32,000 nt of DNA from Ignicoccus hospitalis KIN4/I (GTDB lineage Archaea; Thermoproteota; Thermoprotei_A; Sulfolobales; Ignicoccaceae), in assembly GCF_000017945.1 (NCBI RefSeq), contig NC_009776.1:1-32000 (forward strand), written 5' to 3'. Of the stretch, positions 27,791 to 32,000 are shown in pieces. A model generated the notes under the pieces. That model did not search any database. It worked only from the letters and a program-made list of their open reading frames with translations, and was not told the DNA's origin. A program made the translations under genes and the position numbers. Positions within the stretch are counted from its first letter, which is position 1; every line of letters starts with the position of its first letter.

Positions 27791-28123
27791 CTACGAACTG
27801 CTTTCGCTTCCTTCTTGTGTTAGCTCAGCTAGCTTGCGGCGCACTATTTCCGCCAGCTGGGTTCCATAGTACGTCTCTATCGCAGTGACGAGGTCTTCTA
27901 CTACCTCCTTCTTTCTTTTCAATAACCTTAGGACCTCGTCGAAGTCGCTGCTCTCTAAGTATTTCTTCAAGTTTTCTGTTGGGTCCGGGTTATCGAACGA
28001 GGAGAACTTGTACTTGTTCTCCGCGGCCCAGACCAGCTTCCGCGCCTCCTTCGTAGTCCTCTCGTCTAGTAGGTGCGACGCGAGCACTACGTTGAATATT
28101 TGTCTCAAGAAGTCCGGCTTCAA
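27791..28123 (-). CDS. Hypothetical protein (110 aa, predicted all-helical)
   Basis: Open frame with coherent helical composition (FLRQIFNVVLASHLLDERTTKEARKLVWAAENKY). Confidence 0.55.
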   Translation of the reverse strand: MKPDFLRQIFNVVLASHLLDERTTKEARKLVWAAENKYKFSSFDNPDPTENLKKYLESSDFDEVLRLLKRKKEVVEDLVTAIETYYGTQLAEIVRRKLAELTQEGSESSS

Positions 28124-28206
28124 GGGTCGGGGTCCCCATACAGGCCTCTTGTCATCCCCAAAATGTCGTTGGCGGTCCTACCCGGATTCTCAGGTCATTC
28201 CCGTTC

Positions 28207-28446
28207 CTACTCCTCTTGGACGCGCTGTTTATTCCGCTTTTGTTCGTAGAGCGCCTTGGGCATCGCTCTTATCTCACCGGTCTCGCTGTTTATTATAACG
28301 ATATATTCCCTTCCGTACTTGTGCACTACGTGCTTGGGTATGTATATGTTAAGCGGCAAGGTGTAGTAGGTGTACTTGTAGAGCTTGTCGTTCACGACCT
28401 TCTTGCCCACTACTTCCCTCACTAACGCGTCTCTTACTCTCTCCAT
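28207..28446 (-). CDS. Small hypothetical protein (79 aa)
   Basis: MERVRDALVREVVGKKVVNDKLYKYTYYTLPLNIYIPKHVVHKYGREYIVIINSETGEIRAMPK. Beta-rich, plausible globular composition. Confidence 0.6.
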   Translation of the reverse strand: MERVRDALVREVVGKKVVNDKLYKYTYYTLPLNIYIPKHVVHKYGREYIVIINSETGEIRAMPKALYEQKRNKQRVQEE

Positions 28447-28585
28447 TTACATCCCCACTGACCTTGTGCACGCTTCTCAATTATAAGTTAATGTAAGCTT
28501 TTCCGCGTAGCAACGGAGTGATACGGGCCACCACCTCAGCGGTTGAATAAGGACCTTTTATCTCCGTGCTCGCGGGAGGTCTGAC

Positions 28586-28894
28586 GTGAGCGACTTCCTG
28601 TCCGAATTGTGGCTCGTAATAAAGAAAAGGATAGAAGAAAAACCTCAGGGTTCCTACACAGCCGAGATTGTGAAGAGAGGTCTACCCTTCGCTGCTAGGA
28701 AGTTCGGCGAAGAGAGCGTAGAACTCATCGTCGCCTCTCTCTCGGAGCCTCGGGATTCCGTAATCTACGAGGCCGCTGACGTAATCTACCACTTGATGGT
28801 GTTGTTAGCCTTGAGAGGGGTGGACTGGGCTGAGGTTATCAAGGAGCTAGAGAGGAGGTCAAGGGCGAAGAGCGGTGCTGGCGGCAATAGTTAA
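28586..28894 (+). CDS. hisE: Phosphoribosyl-ATP pyrophosphatase
   Basis: KPQGSYTAEIVKRGLPFAARKFGEESVELIVASLSEPRDSVIYEAADVIYHLMVLLALRGVDWAEVIKELERR. Confidence 0.93.
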   Translation: MSDFLSELWLVIKKRIEEKPQGSYTAEIVKRGLPFAARKFGEESVELIVASLSEPRDSVIYEAADVIYHLMVLLALRGVDWAEVIKELERRSRAKSGAGGNS

Positions 28895-29468
28895 CTACGG
28901 AATAGGGAACTTATTTAGCGTTAAGAAAGGTTTCGAGAGGGCGGGCTTCAGAGTTGTAGTATCTAACGACAAAGAGGTCTTGAAGGGAAGCGACGTAATA
29001 GTGTTGCCGGGAGTGGGCTCCCACAAGGCCGCCATTGCTAACATGACCTCGTTAGGTATAGTTGACGTAATCAAAGAAGTTGACAACTTCAAGTTCGGGA
29101 TCTGTTTGGGCATGCAATTGCTTTACGAAGAGAGCGAAGAGGGCGGGCTCAAGGGCCTCGGAATCTTGAAGGGAAAGGTGATTAGGCTTAGAGGAGTTCC
29201 CAAAGTCCCGCATATGGGGTGGAACACCGTAGTGGGGGAGTCGCCTCTGCTCGAGGGCTTGAGCGGCGAGTACTTCTACTTCGCCCATAGCTACTACAAA
29301 GAGTACGAGGGGAGGAAAGAGGAGGAAGCGGTCAGCGATTATGAGGGAGTCAAGATAACGGCGCTTGTCTGTTCAGGGAAGGTCTGCGCGACCCAGTTCC
29401 ACCCCGAGAAGAGCTACGTTAACGGGGTACGACTGCTGAAGAACTTTTACACGTATGCGAGGCGCTAG
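28875..29468 (+). CDS. hisH: Imidazole glycerol phosphate synthase glutaminase subunit
   Basis: VNYGIGNLFSVKKGFERAGF, DVIVLPGVGSH, GICLGMQLLYEESEEG, VPHMGWNTV, ATQFHPEKS. Overlaps hisE by 20 nt. Confidence 0.96.
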   Translation: MLAAIVNYGIGNLFSVKKGFERAGFRVVVSNDKEVLKGSDVIVLPGVGSHKAAIANMTSLGIVDVIKEVDNFKFGICLGMQLLYEESEEGGLKGLGILKGKVIRLRGVPKVPHMGWNTVVGESPLLEGLSGEYFYFAHSYYKEYEGRKEEEAVSDYEGVKITALVCSGKVCATQFHPEKSYVNGVRLLKNFYTYARR

Positions 29469-30049
29469 AGCGGTAAGACCTCTTCCACCTCTTCCGGACT
29501 CAGCCTGAGGGCGCCCATGCGGGCGTAGCCGCCGATGTCTATGTTGGTCATCTTTCCGTTCAACACGTCTCCCCTCTTTAGCCTCACTGATACTTCCTCA
29601 GCGTACAGCAAGGCGTTCAGAGTTTTGATGACCTCTGAGAACCTTCTCCTCCTCTTAAGGGAGGCGTTAGCTCTGACAGTTATGAGGGAATACACGTACG
29701 AGGGGAGGTTGTGGAATACTTCGTCTTCTGAAACTTCCATGAGGACCTCTTTCCCCTTTAGGGCCTTGTTGGGCCAGAGGTAGCGGACGTCGTCCCCGTA
29801 GAGGAACCTAAGCACTTTGACGGTCTCCTTCATCACTATTAAGAGGTCTACGACGCCCTTGTACGACAGCCTCTGCGGCTCCCTCTCCACTATCTCGTAG
29901 TATTTGCCTCGCCTCACTAAGGGGAGGCCCAAGCTCTTTAGCGTCCTGATTGCGGCGCGGAACTCGTACTCGTTTAGGTTTAAATCCCTCCTTATGGACG
30001 CTATGTCCTCCTTCACTTCTATTCTCCGGAGGATCTCTGAGGCCCACAC
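29465..30049 (-). CDS. Hypothetical protein with probable N-terminal HTH
   Basis: EDIASIRRDLNLNEYEFRAAIRTLKSLGLPLVRRGKYYEI is HTH-like. The remainder is unassigned. Confidence 0.6.
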   Translation of the reverse strand: MWASEILRRIEVKEDIASIRRDLNLNEYEFRAAIRTLKSLGLPLVRRGKYYEIVEREPQRLSYKGVVDLLIVMKETVKVLRFLYGDDVRYLWPNKALKGKEVLMEVSEDEVFHNLPSYVYSLITVRANASLKRRRRFSEVIKTLNALLYAEEVSVRLKRGDVLNGKMTNIDIGGYARMGALRLSPEEVEEVLPL

Positions 30050-30098
30050 TCCTTGTAGCCCCGAGAGGGTTGTGAGGGGGAGGAGTTAAACGGTTAGA

Positions 30099-30221
30099 GG
30101 CCCGGTCCCAGCACGGGGCGGCTGCGGCGCCTCTCGGACGCCACTGCCGGACCCCGCGCGACCGGCTTAACTTCCGGGTTCGAAATGGGTCCGGGTGTTG
30201 CCCGGTCGCTGTGGCCGGGCC
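30099..30221 (-). rRNA. 5S ribosomal RNA
   Basis: Minus strand GGCCCGGCCACAGCGACCGGGCAACACCCGGACCCATTTCGAACCCGGAAGTTAAGCCGGTCGCGC...GTGCTGGGACCGGGCC. It has the diagnostic CCATTTCGAACCCGGAAGTTAAG core, and the GGCCCGG/CCGGGCC terminal helix pairs. Confidence 0.95.
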
Positions 30222-30247
30222 GGGCCGTGTCCCAGCACGCAGGGCTG

Positions 30248-30255
30248 TTATTAAA
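30248..30255 (-). promoter_or_regulatory. Probable TATA box of the 5S rRNA gene
   Basis: TTTAATAA on the minus strand, about 30 bp upstream of the predicted 5S 5' end. Confidence 0.5.
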
Positions 30256-30285
30256 CTTTGTGTTGGTTAGGGAGGCCGGGCCTCG

Positions 30286-30687
30286 GTGAAGTATTGTTTG
30301 GTCTTGTCCGTCGGCTATGGTGTTGCACTGTTAACGTTGTGGACGGCCTTGTCCCTAGCTTGGGGTTTGGTAGACTTCAACGCGTTGGGCTTCCTACCTT
30401 ATGGCGCTATACTGTCCGCCCTAGTAGCGATATTGGGCGCCCTCGTCAACTGTACTTTCGAAGCTCTGGGGAACCTCTTAGGCGTAGAGCCCCCTACCTC
30501 AGTACTGGCTGGGTGGACTTTAGTCATGTTTACGTATTTCGTAATTACAAACCCACCGCCCGCCGGTTTGGGAGAGTTCGTATGGGCTGTAGGGAGGGCC
30601 GCGATGTTCGTTTCTAACGCGTTCCCCGCTTCGGACTTGTTTTATGAGTTGGGCAACTTTACGCTAACGGCGGTGGGGCTGAGGTGA
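30286..30687 (+). CDS. Small membrane protein (133 aa)
   Basis: Hydrophobic segments YCLVLSVGYGVALLTLWTALSLAWG, ILSALVAILGALVNCTF, LAGWTLVMFTYFVITN, with an ATGA-type overlap into the next gene. Confidence 0.6.
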   Translation: MKYCLVLSVGYGVALLTLWTALSLAWGLVDFNALGFLPYGAILSALVAILGALVNCTFEALGNLLGVEPPTSVLAGWTLVMFTYFVITNPPPAGLGEFVWAVGRAAMFVSNAFPASDLFYELGNFTLTAVGLR

Positions 30688-31172
30688 TAGAGCCTCTGGA
30701 GGACCCGGAGACCCCGGTGGTACTGCTATCAATAAAGCCTAGGTACGCCCAGAGGATCCTCAGCGGCATGAAGAAGTTCGAGCTGAGAACTTGGATAGGC
30801 TTGAACCTCTACAGCGGTATGTTAGTGGTGATGTACGCTTCGGGCAACGTGAAGGCGATAGTTGGTGAGTTCAGGGTAGGGAAGGTTTACAAGGGCAGGC
30901 CCGAGTTCGTCTGGGGGCGCTTGATCGAAGAGGGGGGAGAGGAGAAGACCGGCGTAGGGGAAGAGGACTACCTTTACATAGCTAGGGCGAAGAAGGCCAT
31001 GGCCCTAGAGGTGTTGGAGCCTAAGGTGTACAAGAGGCCGCCCAAATTGGAGGAGATAAGAATGATAATACCCGGCTGGCTCCCCCCTATGAGCCACACT
31101 TTGCTCGGCACCGGCGACCCCCTCTGGGAGATGGTAATTAAACCCGTCAGAGAGGTTTCCGAGATACCTTAA
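30684..31172 (+). CDS. ASCH/PUA-like domain protein
   Basis: VVLLSIKPRYAQRILSGMKKFELRT ... IVGEFRVGKVYKG matches the ASCH-type N-terminal pattern. Confidence 0.75.
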   Translation: MIEPLEDPETPVVLLSIKPRYAQRILSGMKKFELRTWIGLNLYSGMLVVMYASGNVKAIVGEFRVGKVYKGRPEFVWGRLIEEGGEEKTGVGEEDYLYIARAKKAMALEVLEPKVYKRPPKLEEIRMIIPGWLPPMSHTLLGTGDPLWEMVIKPVREVSEIP

Positions 31173-32000
31173 TCCTCAAACAACTCCTTACCTCCGATTT
31201 TCTTCTTAATTTCGTATAGTAACATTTTGTTCTTGGACTTTAAATAGTCTATAAATTCGTTTCTCCTAGAAGGTTCCATAAACCTCAATAGCATCGCGAC
31301 GTACCTGGTCCCTCCAGGCTCTTCCAACAAACGCTTTACAACTTTAGTGGTGCGCGACTTCCAATGAGGGTGCGAATAGTGGGCCAAGGCTTGGAGCACG
31401 AGGGCAGCCTGGTCCTCGCTCAGCTGTAACACTAGGTCAGGCTTTTCTATTAGCTCCTCTACAGAGATGCTCTTCGAGAACGCCCAGCTCACGAAGGCGT
31501 GAGCGGCCTCTGGGCCGACATAGGCACTGACCAACGTCGTCAACTCCTTTCTGAGCTCCTTGTTACCACTCCGCAAAGCGTCGTAGAGGTCCGGGTACGC
31601 GTTATACAAGGCCAAGGCTAAGCTCGACCAAGAGCGTGGCGTGGGGTAGGGCTCTAAGAGCTCCGTCTCTTCTGGGAGCTTGATCAAGTAGTCTCTGAAG
31701 GACTTGAGGAACGCGCAGACCTCCTTAGCCCACGAGTCGTTGTAGCGCTTCTGCATGTAGTTGCACCACATGTCCACAGATGGTTCCTTAACGTTAAAGA
31801 CTGCCAACCTGTTCAAGAGCGGGAGCGGTAAGGGTCTGGCTATGGAGCTGTACTCGGGGGGGTTACCCAAGGCTATGACAGGCTTCCTAAAGTAATACAA
31901 GTTAACCTTTTCTGACAGAACGATGTCGTAGGCAGCGCTAAGTACGGTATCGTCGTTTATGTTCGTAAATTCGTCCAGAATTACCAGCCCCGCCTTGGCT
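31169..32000 (-). CDS. AAA+ ATPase (MoxR-like), 5'-truncated by the window edge
   Basis: The frame continues past the track's TTG start to the window edge as AKAGLVILDEFTNINDDTVLSAAYDIVLSEKVN (Walker B), followed by FRKPVIALGNPPEYSSIARPLPLPLLNRLAVFNV (sensor 1 / arginine finger region). Confidence 0.82.
   Translation of the reverse strand, partial: AKAGLVILDEFTNINDDTVLSAAYDIVLSEKVNLYYFRKPVIALGNPPEYSSIARPLPLPLLNRLAVFNVKEPSVDMWCNYMQKRYNDSWAKEVCAFLKSFRDYLIKLPEETELLEPYPTPRSWSSLALALYNAYPDLYDALRSGNKELRKELTTLVSAYVGPEAAHAFVSWAFSKSISVEELIEKPDLVLQLSEDQAALVLQALAHYSHPHWKSRTTKVVKRLLEEPGGTRYVAMLLRFMEPSRRNEFIDYLKSKNKMLLYEIKKKIGGKELFED

Noticed and set aside
30099-30250. Possible GC-rich mobile repeat
   Set aside because: The segment is explained by the 5S rRNA gene plus a short upstream partial duplication of its 3' end.
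31901-31915. Apparent frameshift in the AAA+ ATPase gene just upstream of the annotated TTG start
   Set aside because: It arose from miscounting the A run. The sequence contains AGAAAAGG (four A), and the frame TCA GAA AAG GTT AAC TTG TAT is continuous. The gene is only truncated by the window edge.
1-32000. CRISPR arrays, toxin-antitoxin pairs, defence islands or biosynthetic clusters
   Set aside because: No regularly spaced repeats and no Cas, nuclease, toxin or assembly-line motifs were recognised. The content is mostly housekeeping genes.

Overview
The window looks like compact core genome from a hyperthermophilic crenarchaeon. That taxon is inferred from aCPSF1, a split-type tRNA-splicing endonuclease subunit, a BHB tRNA intron, TTG/GTG starts and a standalone 5S gene; an Ignicoccus/Desulfurococcales relative is possible but untested. 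Supported genes include infB, a tRNA-Thr(CGU) with a 14-nt intron, a FAD-linked oxidase, a CAU-anticodon tRNA, a probable non-catalytic tRNA-splicing endonuclease subunit, a radical SAM protein, topoisomerase IA, a beta-propeller protein, aCPSF1, MoaB/Mog, archease, gatB, aglB, a large secreted multi-domain protein, aroB, a YjbQ-family protein, a nicotinate phosphoribosyltransferase-like protein, a PUA-domain protein, aldehyde:ferredoxin oxidoreductase, hisE, hisH, a 5S rRNA, two ASCH-like proteins and a 5'-truncated AAA+ ATPase. No CRISPR array, defence island or recognisable transposase was seen. The clearest unexplained structure is a pair of perfect 43-bp inverted repeats (26787-26829 and 27224-27266) bounding a 480-bp non-coding, AT-rich block that resembles a MITE with TA dinucleotides at its borders. 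Other leads are a partial duplicate of the 5S 3' end just upstream of the 5S gene, a possible AglB-linked surface protein, and a weak structured-RNA candidate near 23.66-23.75 kb.
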